A DNA stretch of 62,375 nt, the filler included, from Chiloscyllium plagiosum (lineage: Eukaryota), in NCBI RefSeq assembly GCF_004010195.1. It is 4 parts of one record of this genome, joined end to end, with 100 filler letters (N's around TTAATTAATTAA, not from the genome) between each part and the next. Parts side by side here need not be neighbours in the genome. Positions count along the whole stretch, not along the records: positions 1 to 22,668 come from NC_057717.1; positions 22,769 to 44,886 come from NC_057717.1; 2 more parts are not named here. One strand, given 5' to 3'. The notes below the pieces were generated by a model. It worked only from the letters and a program-made list of their open reading frames with translations, was not told the origin of the DNA and did not search any database. Each line of letters opens with the position of its first letter. Position 1 is the first letter of the stretch. Shown piece by piece: positions 11,545 through 23,000 of the stretch. The position numbers were made by a program, and so were the translations under genes.

Positions 11545-12691
11545 GTTAGATGGTGTGGAATGTATGTGGGTAGAATTGAGGAATAACAAATGTGTAAAAC
11601 CATGGAGTAATGTACAGGCCATTGAATCGTAGTCAGGAGCTGGAGCGCATTTTAGACAAGGAGATAGAAAATATATGTAGGAAAGGCAAAGTTACAGTGA
11701 GTGGGGACGATTTCAATATGCAGATGGATTTGGGAAAATCAGACCGTAATCTGTGGTTTGCAAGGAAGTGGTTTGCAAGGAAAGGAATTTGTGGAATGTC
11801 TACAAGATGGCTTTTTGGAGCAGCTTATGTGCAAGCAACAAGGGAACGGGAAATATTGGATTTAGTGTTGTGCAGTGAGTCAGATGTGAGAAGAAAGCTT
11901 AAGGTGAAGGAACCCTTCGGAGGCATTGATCGTAATATGATTGAAAATAAACTTTAATTTGAGAGGGAGGAAGTAGAATCGGAGTTAATATTACAGCTGA
12001 ATAAAGGCTCCTACAAAGACATGAGGGAGGAGCTGGGTAGAATTGCCTGGGAGAGGAGCCGAGCAGGAAATATAATGGAAGAGTAATGGCGGGAGTTTCT
12101 CGGAGCAATTTAGGAGTCACAGCAGAGATTCATCCCGAGGTATTAGAAGCCTTGTACAGGGAGGATGAGGCATCCATAGATGACTGGGGTATGCATGGCT
12201 AGTGTAAAAGAAAAAGAGAAAGCAGATAACATGGCAAATGGCAGTGGGAAACCAGAGGATTGGGAAGCTTACAAAGAGGAAGAGAGGACAAAAAAATAAG
12301 AAATAAGGAGGCGGAAGCTTAAATCTGAAGTTAAGCTATCCAGTGATAGAAAGCATGACCGTAAGAGTCTCTTTAGATATGTTAAGGGCAAAAACAGGAA
12401 GCAGAAGTGGATATTTGGGCACTGGAAAATGACGCTGGAGTGATAGCAGCGTGGAACAAATAATAGATGAGAAACTGAATAATTATTTCAAGTCAGATTT
12501 CACGGCGGAAGACATGACTAATATCCGAAAAGTTCAAGAGAGTGAGGAGGCAGAACTGATTAGTAGAATTTGCTCGAAAAACTAAATGGATAAATAAGTT
12601 GGATGGAGACATTAATGGTCATCTTCCAGAAATGTTTGGAATCAGGGACGGTCTCAGAAGACGAGAAAATTACGAATGTGACAACCTGTTT
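11545..12691 (+). mobile_element. CR1 LINE ORF2 (APE endonuclease to start of RT), cut by the L1 insertion
   Basis: MYRPLN...GDDFN, ILDLVLC and PFGGIDRNMIE endonuclease motifs, with frameshifts and stops. Confidence 0.9.
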
Positions 12692-15342
12692 GTTTTTAAT
12701 AAAAATAAGATTTTTGAATTTTTTTAAATAAAATTACAAAAATAGTACAAACTAGTGTATACTTCTTTACAATATAATAACAACCCCAATATAGAATTTA
12801 AAAACAAACTACTAATCTATTCTCCAAACTAGCAAACCATGAAATAGGATATCCTACATTACTAAAACTAAACAAAAGGAGAAAAGAAAATAAATAAGTA
12901 AATAAGAAACTAGATACATTTTAAAAAAAATTATATTAAGTCATAACAGAACTCGTATTGTTACAGGATTCCTCCTCCTCCTCAGAACCAGCCAGAACCA
13001 TTCCCATGGCTAAGCAAAGGCCCTGAACTATGTGGCTGATATATCTGTGTCAATGTAGTTCAAAAGAGTTTACCATGTTCTATAAAATAATTCCGCCTTT
13101 TGGTTCACCAGATTCGTAAGGAAGTCAAGGGGGATATATTCCATGACTATCCTGTGCCAATATGAAAGTTCTGAGGGACCTTCGGATATCCAGTTCACTA
13201 AAATGCTTTTCCCCGGACCAAAGAAAAGGATAATGAATAATTTCCTCCCGTCTCCATCCAAAGAAGGGAAATTTGGGGATCCCAAAAGTAGAAGCACTTG
13301 GTCCCATCCAAACTCCGTACCCAAAATCTTTGCCAAGGCATTCGCTACTCTGTCTGAATACATGCAGATCTTACGGCATATCCGCAGACAATGGGTGAGA
13401 GGACTAACTTCTGTTTTGCATGTAGGACACATTGGAGATGCTCCCTTCTTGAACGGTGCAAGTCACTCAAGTGCCATGTGAGCCCAATGAAGTATCTTGA
13501 ATTGGATAGCCTGAGTTATTTTACAGTTCGAGATTTTCCTGACATTTTCCCAGACGTCCTCCCACATCTTTAAGGAGATTTCCATCCCCAATTCTTGACC
13601 CGAGGTTTTATATAACCGTTCCATGTCCTTTGATACCTTATTAAATAGTTTGTAGTCGAGAGTACTGACCACGGGCAGACCCATCAGCCGAAGCACTCTC
13701 CTTTCCCTATCCGATTTATAAAGATCAATTATCAACATGGTCTCCTTTTCTATAAAGTCTCCTATTTGAATATATCGAAAAAGATTTTTTGCTATGCAGC
13801 CCAAACTTCTGACGCAGCTGTTTGAAGGACATCATGACATCCCCATCGAACAGGCCTCCCAAACAGGAGATACCTCTGGACTCCCAGGTTCTGAATACAG
13901 CATCACTCATCCCTGGATGGAATCCCAACATTCCCACTATAGGAGTATAAGGGAGGTATTTTTGTAGGTTACGCTCATCAGGTCGCATTATCGTCCAGGC
14001 TTTAATTGTATGTAATACAATAGGATTTTTACAATGATCCGTAATAACTCTCACCTTGTCCATAAATATTAGATTGATGAGGGGATATTTTCCTTGGGCG
14101 GACTCAGTATCTATAACCAGATTGATTGTGGGTCACAAGAGACCCAATCAGCTACGTAGGATAATAGAGAGCTCAATTGGTATCTCCTGAAATCCGGAAA
14201 ATCCAGCCCACCCCTTACTTGTGAAAACTGTAGCTTTTCTAATTTAATAAGGGGCCTTATATGAATCCAAATAAAGGAGCCGAGCCAACCATAAAGCTTC
14301 CACAGCGCCTGTCTCAGCAGCATCAAGGGGAGCATTCTCATATCGTATAAAAGGCCAGGTAGGATATTCATGTTGACCAAAGCTATTCTACCTAGCCAGG
14401 ATATCGGGCGATCTTCCCAGCGTTGAAGGTCCTAGCATAATTTCTCCAATAAAGGTGTATTATTGACTTTATATAGCTGACCAAATGCCGGAGTATTAAA
14501 AATACCTAAGTAAAGAAACGCTCCCAGTGACCACCTAAAGGCAAACGGGATTCTTCTGGAAAATTGGATATACTGGCAAGACCTCTCAGCGGCATGGCCT
14601 CTGATTTCACAAATTGATTTTATAACCTGAGAACATGCCAAATAAGTTAAACACTTGAATTAAGCGGGGCACAGATGTCAATGGATCATTTAAGAAAAGG
14701 AGGACATAAAATGCATAGAGAGTAATTTTGTGCTTACCCGAGCCAACCTCCGGAGCCATTTTACTAAAGTCAGCTCGTACAGATTCCGCCAATGTCTCAA
14801 TCACTGGCGTAAATAATAATGGTGAGAGAGGGCATTCCTGACGACAATCTCTGCCAACGCGAAAGCTATTTGAACTTTAACTGTTGGTGATCACTGCTGC
14901 TTGGGGATCATTATATAATACTGTAACCCATTTAGTAAAGACCTCTCTAACACCAAATCGTTCCAGTATATAAACGATATATGGCCATTCTACCCGATCA
15001 AATGCCTTCTCTACCTCTAGGTAGACAACTAATCCCAGCATCGCACCCTGCAGGCATGCTTGTACTATATATAAGACTCTTCTCACATTATTACTTGAAC
15101 TGCGATCCTTTATAAACCCAATCTGGCTTTATCTAATAATGAATGGTAAAACCCTCTCCAGCCTTAATGGCAACACTTTTGAGAGAATTTTAAAAGCCGC
15201 ATTCAACAAGGATATAGGTCTATATGAACAGCAGTCATCTGGGGCCTTTTTCTTTGTTAAGAATGAGTGAAATATTTGCTTCTCTCGGAGAAGGCGAGAG
15301 GCAGCCCTGGCTATATGAAGAATTATACATATTTATAAGTGA

Positions 15343-15634
15343 GGTAAAAACCTGCAGTCATTGTTTTTACCTCGTTGATTTTAACCCTACTGCGAATCCT
15401 CTTGCAAGGCTGCCTGCCTTGAAGAAGTTTTCCTCCTCTCTCTACAAGAATCTCAGGGAGTCTCTCTCCCACTGCAACTCCCAGGTCATTTATGCTACTC
15501 TAGCCCCACCCCCACCCTCCTCTAGCTTATCTCACCACGCTTCAGGCTCTCTGCCTTTATTCCTGATGAAGGGCTTTTCCCGAAACGTCCGATGCTGCCT
15601 GAATTGCTGTGCTCTTCCAGCACCACTGATCCAG
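15343..15634 (+). mobile_element. 292-bp Penelope-derived mini-element inserted in L1
   Basis: 14-bp TSD ATATTTATAAGTGA at 15329-15342 and 15635-15648. The paralog has a single copy (empty site) at 27862-27875. Confidence 0.9.
15555..15600 (+). ncRNA. Minimal hammerhead ribozyme-like motif
   Basis: CTGATGA (15563-15569), stem II GGG-CTTTT-CCC, then GAAAC-GTC. This matches the minimal hammerhead cores described in Penelope-like elements. Activity untested. Confidence 0.65.
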
Positions 15635-18134
15635 ATATTTATAAGTGACCCGACTAATTCCTCGATCAATTCTTTATAGAACTCAGCCTTGAATCCATCT
15701 GGTCCTGGCGCTTTGCCACTCTGGAGCTGACTCACTGCCTCTTGTATTTCCTGGGTTGCTTGGGGGGGCATTCAAGAACAACACCTGCTACCAGGTTAGG
15801 CCTGGGAGGGCAAGATTTTTTAAAAATAAAGACTCTATCTTCCTTGTTCTATCCTCACAGCCCTGTGACCTATACAATTCGAGATAGAACTTTCTAAAGG
15901 CTGCATTGATCTTTTTACGATCACAAGTCAGGGCATCAGCACCCTTTCCAAAGACGTAATGGCTTGGGGAGATTTCTTGCTGGCAAGGTATGCTAGATAC
16001 CTGCCAGGCTTGTCACCATATTCAAATAATCTCTGCTTCGCAAGAAATAGCTCCCTCTTTGCTTTTTGATGAAGTGTGTGATTCAAAGTTGCTGTTATGG
16101 CTGTGATCCGCTATAGTTTAGTAATGGAGAGTCTATCCACATACGCTGTCTCACGCGCCGTCAGGCGAGCCTCGAGCAAACGTTTTTATTCTCCCTTTTG
16201 TCTTTTCCAGGTCACAGAATATGAGATAACCAAGCCTCACACATAGGCCTTACCAGTCTCCCATATCATCGAAGGGTTACTGGCTGTGTTGGAGTTGATA
16301 TCCCAAAAGATTTTAAATTCCTGCCAGAAGTATTTTATGAACTTACTACCCTTCAATAGGAAAGGGTCCATCCGCTAATGTCGGGAAGCTATCTCATCAT
16401 CGCTATCTTATTTTCAATATGTACTGCGGCAGGGTCGGAAATAGTTATGTTACCTATTTCAAGAAACAATATATTGAGTTCAAAAGTGTCGAGAGGACAT
16501 ATGCATATCAATTCTGGTTTTGCACATGTGGATGAGAATAAAAAATAAAGTCTTTACCCACAGGGTGAAGACACCTCCAAACATCTACCAGCCCCAATTC
16601 CCTACTCAGATCCGCCAACTGCCTAGATCTCAAAGATATGTCCCCAGAGATCTTAGGTATCCTGTCCAGCTTTGGGTTGATGATATAATTACAATCTCCT
16701 CCTATAACTGTGTGGTGCACCCCGAGAGCCATCAACTTGGAGAACACTTCCATCACAAATTTAAAAGGCTGCGCCGGGGGGCAACAGAGATTCAAAATTC
16801 CATATTCCTCTCTATATATTAGGTTTTCAATTATTATATACCATCCAGATTCATCTTTTATTGGCTTAGCATTTGGAAGGGAAGATTCATCTGGATAAGA
16901 ATGGGCACTCCCCTACTTTTTGAGCTCAAAGATGAAAAGAGTACCTGGCCAAATCCACCCTGTTTCAGCCTCGAATTCTCCTTATCATGTAAATGTGTCT
17001 ACTGTAGAAAGGCTGCATCCACCCTTTCTTTTTTAAGACTTGATAATATCTTTTTTCTTTTGATTAGTGAATGGCTCTCTTTGACATTCCCTGTGCACCA
17101 CCGAAACGAAACGCGAGCCATGATCGTCCAAGTAAACCAGAGACCCCCCAGGAGGAAGAACCCCACCCAAAAGACATTGACTAAAAACCAAAAACGATTC
17201 ACACGTAAAAACACTCTTTAAACAGCGAAATCAAAACAACTGAGAACGACTCCTAAAAACAAATAGCATAAAACATATTTAAAATGAGACTTATCCCCTT
17301 GTTCACAAGGGGCACTACTAGCTTCCAATAATCCCGCGATAATATCCCAGCCAGAACCATGCCCTCGGCCCAGGCATTACAAAGTAGAGTAAATAAATTC
17401 CAATACCTTATAAGAAAGAGGTTAAAAGGGTGGGAGCTAACCCACCCACCCCCCAATCTTCGCCTCATCAAATGCCTTGATTCTATGCACAACAACCCGG
17501 TGGGCCCGTTCAACCCGCACCCGGCCCAGCTCCGACTCCAGTTTCAGCAGCTGTGGGAGCCATTGCTTCAGGAAAGCAAAACGCAGAGCTTCCTCCTCCC
17601 GTTTGGGAAGGCCCAGCAACCGAATATTTTTTCGNNNNNNNNNNNNNNNNNNNNNNNNNNNNNNNNNNNNNNNNNNNNNNNNNNNNNNNNNNNNNNNNNN
17701 NNNNNNNNNNNNNNNNNNNNNNNNNNNNNNNNNNNNNNNNNNNNNNNNNNNNNNNNNNNNNNNNNNNNNNNNNNNNNNNNNNNNNNNNNNNNNNNNNNNN
17801 NNNNNNNNNNNNNNNNNNNNNNNNNNNNNNNNNNNNNNNNNNNNNNNNNNNNNNNNNNNNNNNNNNNNNNNNNNNNNNNNNNNNNNNNNNNNNNNNNNNN
17901 NNNNNNNNNNNNNNNNNNNNNNNNNNNNNNNNNNNNNNNNNNNNNNNNNNNNNNNNNNNNNNNNNNNNNNNNNNNNNNNNNNNNNNNNNNNNNNNNNNNN
18001 NNNNNNNNNNNNNNNNNNNNNNNNNNNNNNNNNNNNNNNNNNNNNNNNNNNNNNNNNNNNNNNNNNNNNNNNNNNNNNNNNNNNNNNNNNNNNNNNNNNN
18101 NNNNNNNNNNNNNNNNNNNNNNNNNNNNNNNNNN

Positions 18135-18410
18135 GTCTGTGTGGAGTTTCACATTCTCGCCGTGTTTGCCTGGGTTTCCACCGGGTGCTCTGGTTTCCAC
18201 CCACAGTCCAACGATGTGGATATTCGGTTAATTGGCCATGCTAAATTGTCCATAGTGCCCAGGGATGTGTCGGTTAGGGGCGTTAATCAGGGGTAAACGT
18301 AGGATCGTAGGGAAATGGGACTGGGTGGGTTACTCTTCGAAGGGTCAGTGTGGATGCGCTGGGCCAAAAGGCCTGTTTCCACACTGTAGCTATTCTGTGA
18401 ACTCTATGAA
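18135..18410 (+). mobile_element. HE1-like SINE (5' end lost in gap)
   Basis: GTCTGTGTGGAGTTT...GGCCATGCTAAATTG...GGCCTGTTTCCACACTGTAG. Confidence 0.9.
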
Positions 18411-18494
18411 CAATAGGGACAGAGAGAGTGGAGGAGGGAGACTTTGATTCCAATTTCAATCTATTTGCTTCAAAAACAGAATTGCACAGTGATG

Positions 18495-18622
18495 CAGACA
18501 GACGTACACACAAACTGAGAGACTGACACTAGCACACATACACATGCCCACAGAGATACGCACATAGATATGGACATTTACACACAAACACACGAACATA
18601 ACCCCACATACAGGCACACACT
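18495..18622 (+). repeat. Degenerate CA-rich low-complexity tract
   Basis: Interrupted (CA)n runs. Confidence 0.7.
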
Positions 18623-18664
18623 GCCCTTAATACAGTGATATAGACTTTGTTTATTAATAAATTA

Positions 18665-20040
18665 TCAATGGTCAGTCGAAGAAGTCAGGAGAATGGGATT
18701 CAGAAATATTTTAGCCGCGATCAAATGCCATGGCAGACAAGATGGGCTGAATGGTCTAATTCTGCTGCAGGGTTCATTGCTCATTTGATCTTGTGGTGCC
18801 TGGGATTGTATTTCCACAAGGCCAGTGGAGGCTGAATTGGCTAAGTATTTGATTTAGGAGAGTTAATGGGAATGTGGACAGGTTTGAGGGGCTGAGTGGT
18901 TGATAATCTGTTTATAATTGTCGACACCTTATATATCAAAAAACTGGTGATTGGTTTGAGGGGAACACATTTTTAGAATATGGGCATTCCCATTTCTGAC
19001 TGAGACAGGGATGTTTGTTTCTCTTTCGGGTTGTGTGATCTATGGTGTTCTCGTGCCCGAGGAGCAGTGAAGACTGGCTTACTGAAAACACTCAAGGCTG
19101 AGTTCCATAGATCTTTGATGAACAAGATAATCCATGTTTATTAGGAACAGACAGGAAAGGGATGTTTACTTACAATCACATCATCAATGCACATTCTGAA
19201 TGGTGCAGTAGGTGTGAGGGGCAGAATGACCAGCTGTTGCTTCTAATCCATCTGTTGTTCTCTCAAGCGCTCCGTAATCTTAAAGGGGTAAAGAAGGATC
19301 TCATTCAGCCAGTCAGCATAATTATAATGTGACAGGAGGAGACCATTCTGCCCTGAAAGGATTTATGCAGGAATAGATTTAAGTCATTCAGCCCGATAAG
19401 TACATTACACAATGTAAGATGAGGCCATCCAACCTTTCCAGCCTTCTGCCCAGCAACAAGTGAAACCCGGTTAACTATCTGGGAATAAACATTCGGGATA
19501 GATTATTATTTCCAGGTTGTAAAGTTGTAACTTGGTGCAGTGTCTCAGGGATCAGAGTGAGATTATCAACTATTTACAATCTATACCAATGACATGGATG
19601 AGTGGACAGATTGGCTTGGAGCTCAATTAGCTCATTCACCAAGAGAGTCATTTAACTGGACATGGAGACTCTGCAATGGGATACAGACAGGGGACGTTAG
19701 TGAGCAAATCTTTGGCAGAAAACAGTATAATGTGGGTTAAGGGAAGTTAGTGTTGTGTTGAAAAGATAAAATAACAGTAACCTACTTAAATGGAGAAACA
19801 TCAATGAACTCATTGGTATAGAGAGATTTGGACGTCCTGGTGCATGAGCCACATAAAGCTAGTCAGCAGATTCAGCAAGTGATTAGGAAAGTGTAGCGAA
19901 TGATGCTGTTTCATGCAAAGGCAATTGGGTATGATCATCGGTATGTTTTACTGTATGGATGGTACTACATCAGATTGAATATCTAGTCGGTGCAGATTAG
20001 CTGGACTGAAAGGTCTGTTTCCGTGCTGTATGAAGCTATG
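18665..20040 (+). mobile_element. Stack of old CR1 3' ends and an RT fragment
   Basis: Repeated GGGCTGAATGG / GGGGCTGAGTGG / GGGGCAGAATGACC termini, and an RT remnant from ~19450 (GTGTCTCAGGGATCAG...TATACCAATGACATGGATGAG). Confidence 0.65.
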
Positions 20041-23000
20041 ATTCCATCTGGCCTTCATTCTNNNNNNNNNNNNNNNNNNNNNNNNNNNNNNNNNNNNNNN
20101 NNNNNNNNNNNNNNNNNNNNNNNNNNNNNNNNNNNNNNNNNNNNNNNNNNNNNNNNNNNNNNNNNNNNNNNNNNNNNNNNNNNNNNNNNNNNNNNNNNNN
20201 NNNNNNNNNNNNNNNNNNNNNNNNNNNNNNNNNNNNNNNNNNNNNNNNNNNNNNNNNNNNNNNNNNNNNNNNNNNNNNNNNNNNNNNNNNNNNNNNNNNN
20301 NNNNNNNNNNNNNNNNNNNNNNNNNNNNNNNNNNNNNNNNNNNNNNNNNNNNNNNNNNNNNNNNNNNNNNNNNNNNNNNNNNNNNNNNNNNNNNNNNNNN
20401 NNNNNNNNNNNTGTTTTAGAAGCTTTTTACAGATGTTTCACTTTACTCTTTGCTAGCATGAAGGCCAAATGGAATTATAGTTTTATACAGCACGGAAACA
20501 GACCCTTCAGTCCAGCTCATCTGTACCGACGAGATATTCCAATCTGATGTAGTACCATTTGCCAACATTAGACCCATAGTGCTATAAACCCTTCTTATTC
20601 ATACACCATTCATTGTCTCTTAAATGTTGTTATTGTACCAGCCTCCACCATTTTCGCTGCCAGCTCATTCCACATACAAACTACCCTCTGAATAAAAATG
20701 TTACCCTTCAGATATCTTTACAATTTTGCCCTTCCCACCTTAAATCTGTACCCTCTGGTTTGGACTCCTCCGGCCTTGGAAAATAACCTTGGCTGTTCCC
20801 TGCCTCCATGACCCTCATGGCCTCTACAAGGTCAAAGCACTTCACGCCTGAGAATGAGAGATGTTCATATTGAACCATATAAGACCATGAAGAGAGTTTA
20901 TTGGGGGGTAGCTAATGGATGAGAGAATAAAACTAAGGATTCAGTTTTAGAAAACAACATACTTATTTTAATACAGGTACTATGAAGACATAAATTTATT
21001 GTTCAAAAATTATGCAGACACATATACACATGNNNNNNNNNNNNNNNNNNNNNNNNNNNNNNNNNNNNNNNNNNNNNNNNNNNNNNNNNNNNNNNNNNNN
21101 NNNNNNNNNNNNNNNNNNNNNNNNNNNNNNNNNCATGTTTCAGATCAGAGAGGGAGAAAATGTAACCTGTCGTAGAAACAAATAGCCATTGCTCCATCTC
21201 TACTTGTACTTCCCTACATCAACACATGAGAGCTGAAAACCAATCAGCCATCTTTAGCACTTTTTGAGGGTTACTGCTGAGGATTCATTGGGATCTCTCC
21301 ACTGACTGCAGCAAAGGGAATTCAGCCAAATCTAACTGTTCCAGGGGAAATCCCAGCGCTAGCAGCTTCTGTGAGGCAGAATAACTTCAGAGGCAGAATC
21401 ACAATTGAAACATTTTTAATTTTGCTTTTGTCATGAAATTAACTGTTATTTGGACAAAGCTCTTCCGAACAAATATTCTGCAGAGTTTCATTTTTTTCTG
21501 TTCTGGCTTCAGACGTGTGTGTGTATGTGTGTGTGTGTCTTTGTGAGCATGTTTCTCTGTCTCAGGTTTAGACAAAATAAATGTTGATGTACATATTGTC
21601 AATTGTATATCATTTATGTATCCATCGTAATTTAAGTAACGTTGCTTTGGTTTTAGATTAGATATTTTTAAAAATTGAGGAAACCTATCTGACTTGTTCC
21701 TAACGCTGAACCTGATCCAGTCTGAGACGGATATCATTTACAACATCACACACTTACTTACACTGATAATTTGTCGTGACCTCTGGAGGATTGGGACTAG
21801 AAACGGAAACAATGAATCTCTAACCTTGGTAGGAACAGGGATAAGGAGGAATTCTCAAAAGGCTATTTGAGTGGGAATTCTCTGCCCCACAGGTTTGTGG
21901 TACCTGTGTGTTTGCATTTACTCAAAGATGTGTTAGTTAAATATTTGACGGGAAAGTGACTCAAAGAATCTGCAGTTGGGAACGTGGGACTGGAACCGCA
22001 ATCTGATCAGTCACAAACTTAGTTCCTGGTGGGGCAGGGACCCACACCTGTTTCTCAGTTCTACTTTGCCCCATTCCATTCAATCCCTCAATCTGCTACT
22101 CAAGAGCAGTTGGAGACCACTTGCTCCTACTACCTGGCGCACAGAAACTGTGGTGACCATTCAGCCCCTAAATACAGTCAGACATGATTTGGTGTGGATT
22201 GGAAAACGCTCTTGTGAAAAGAGTGGGTGTTACTGTGGAACAGTCCCCTCCTCTCTCTTTACAGAAGTTCCCCTGGTTCCATTTATTGGTCATGTTGTAG
22301 ACCTAGTTTCAAAGTGAATAATACCCCCATACTGTACCCAGATAGTGATCACAAAATCCTCTGGTCTCTTTGACTACAACAATCCTTCACAGGACTTCCA
22401 GAAAAATAACAACGATGAAACTTCCAATAACAGAATGCAAGAACAAAAGAAGCAGGATAGGTCATTCAGCCCCTACAGCCTGCCTTTCCCTTTAATAGGG
22501 TCATGGCTGATCTGCTCTTGGCCCCAACTCACGCAGTGCCTGACGTGTCAAACATCCATCCATCCCTGTCTTTCAAGTATCTCAGTAATCTATCTCCCTT
22601 ACCTCTCTGGAATAGAGACGTGCCGACGGTCACTCCCCTCTGTGAGAAGGAAACACATCGCACGCATANNNNNNNNNNNNNNNNNNNNNNNNNNNNNNNN
22701 NNNNNNNNNNNNTTAATTAATTAANNNNNNNNNNNNNNNNNNNNNNNNNNNNNNNNNNNNNNNNNNNNGGTGTCTATCACCATATTCTGAATAGAAATTA
22801 AACACAGGCAACAGAATGCTGGCCTTGGTAATGAAACGCACCTCACAGGAACAACTGAAAGAAACCTGCTGTATTAAAGCTATCCATTCGATTTCTAAAG
22901 CAGTTTCAAGCGAGGCTTTCCCTTTGTCCTGTGCTCCTGACTTCGTTACAACATCATGAATCTTTCCTGAGTGCTTTGGAGTGCCATTTTAAAAGTCACA

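Larger units (their letters stand above)
2635..17634 (+). repeat. Segmental duplication unit, copy 1 (direct repeat of ~19401-29945)
   Basis: Matching anchors: 2635 with 19401, 2994 with 20412, 4307 ORF with 21976 ORF, 10225 with 22769, and L1 3' junction 12692 with 25223. Confidence 0.95.
12692..17634 (-). mobile_element. L1/Tx1-clade LINE, copy 1 (disrupted ORF1 and ORF2)
   Basis: ORF1 RKNIRLLGLP...VERAHRV. Endonuclease TGNVK...FLQ and IGGDCN. RT KAPGPDGF, EKAFDRVEW and ITLYAFY (YADD mutated). C-terminal CPTC...HCLRIC knuckle. The 5' end runs into an N gap. Confidence 0.95.

Noticed and set aside
19284..19445. CRISPR-like repeat-spacer pattern
   Set aside because: Vertebrate context, a degenerate ~9-bp motif derived from the CR1 tail, and no cas genes.
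22713..22724. Palindromic TTAATTAATTAA, also at 44931 and 58227
   Set aside because: Always centred in a 100-bp N gap, so it is an assembly linker.
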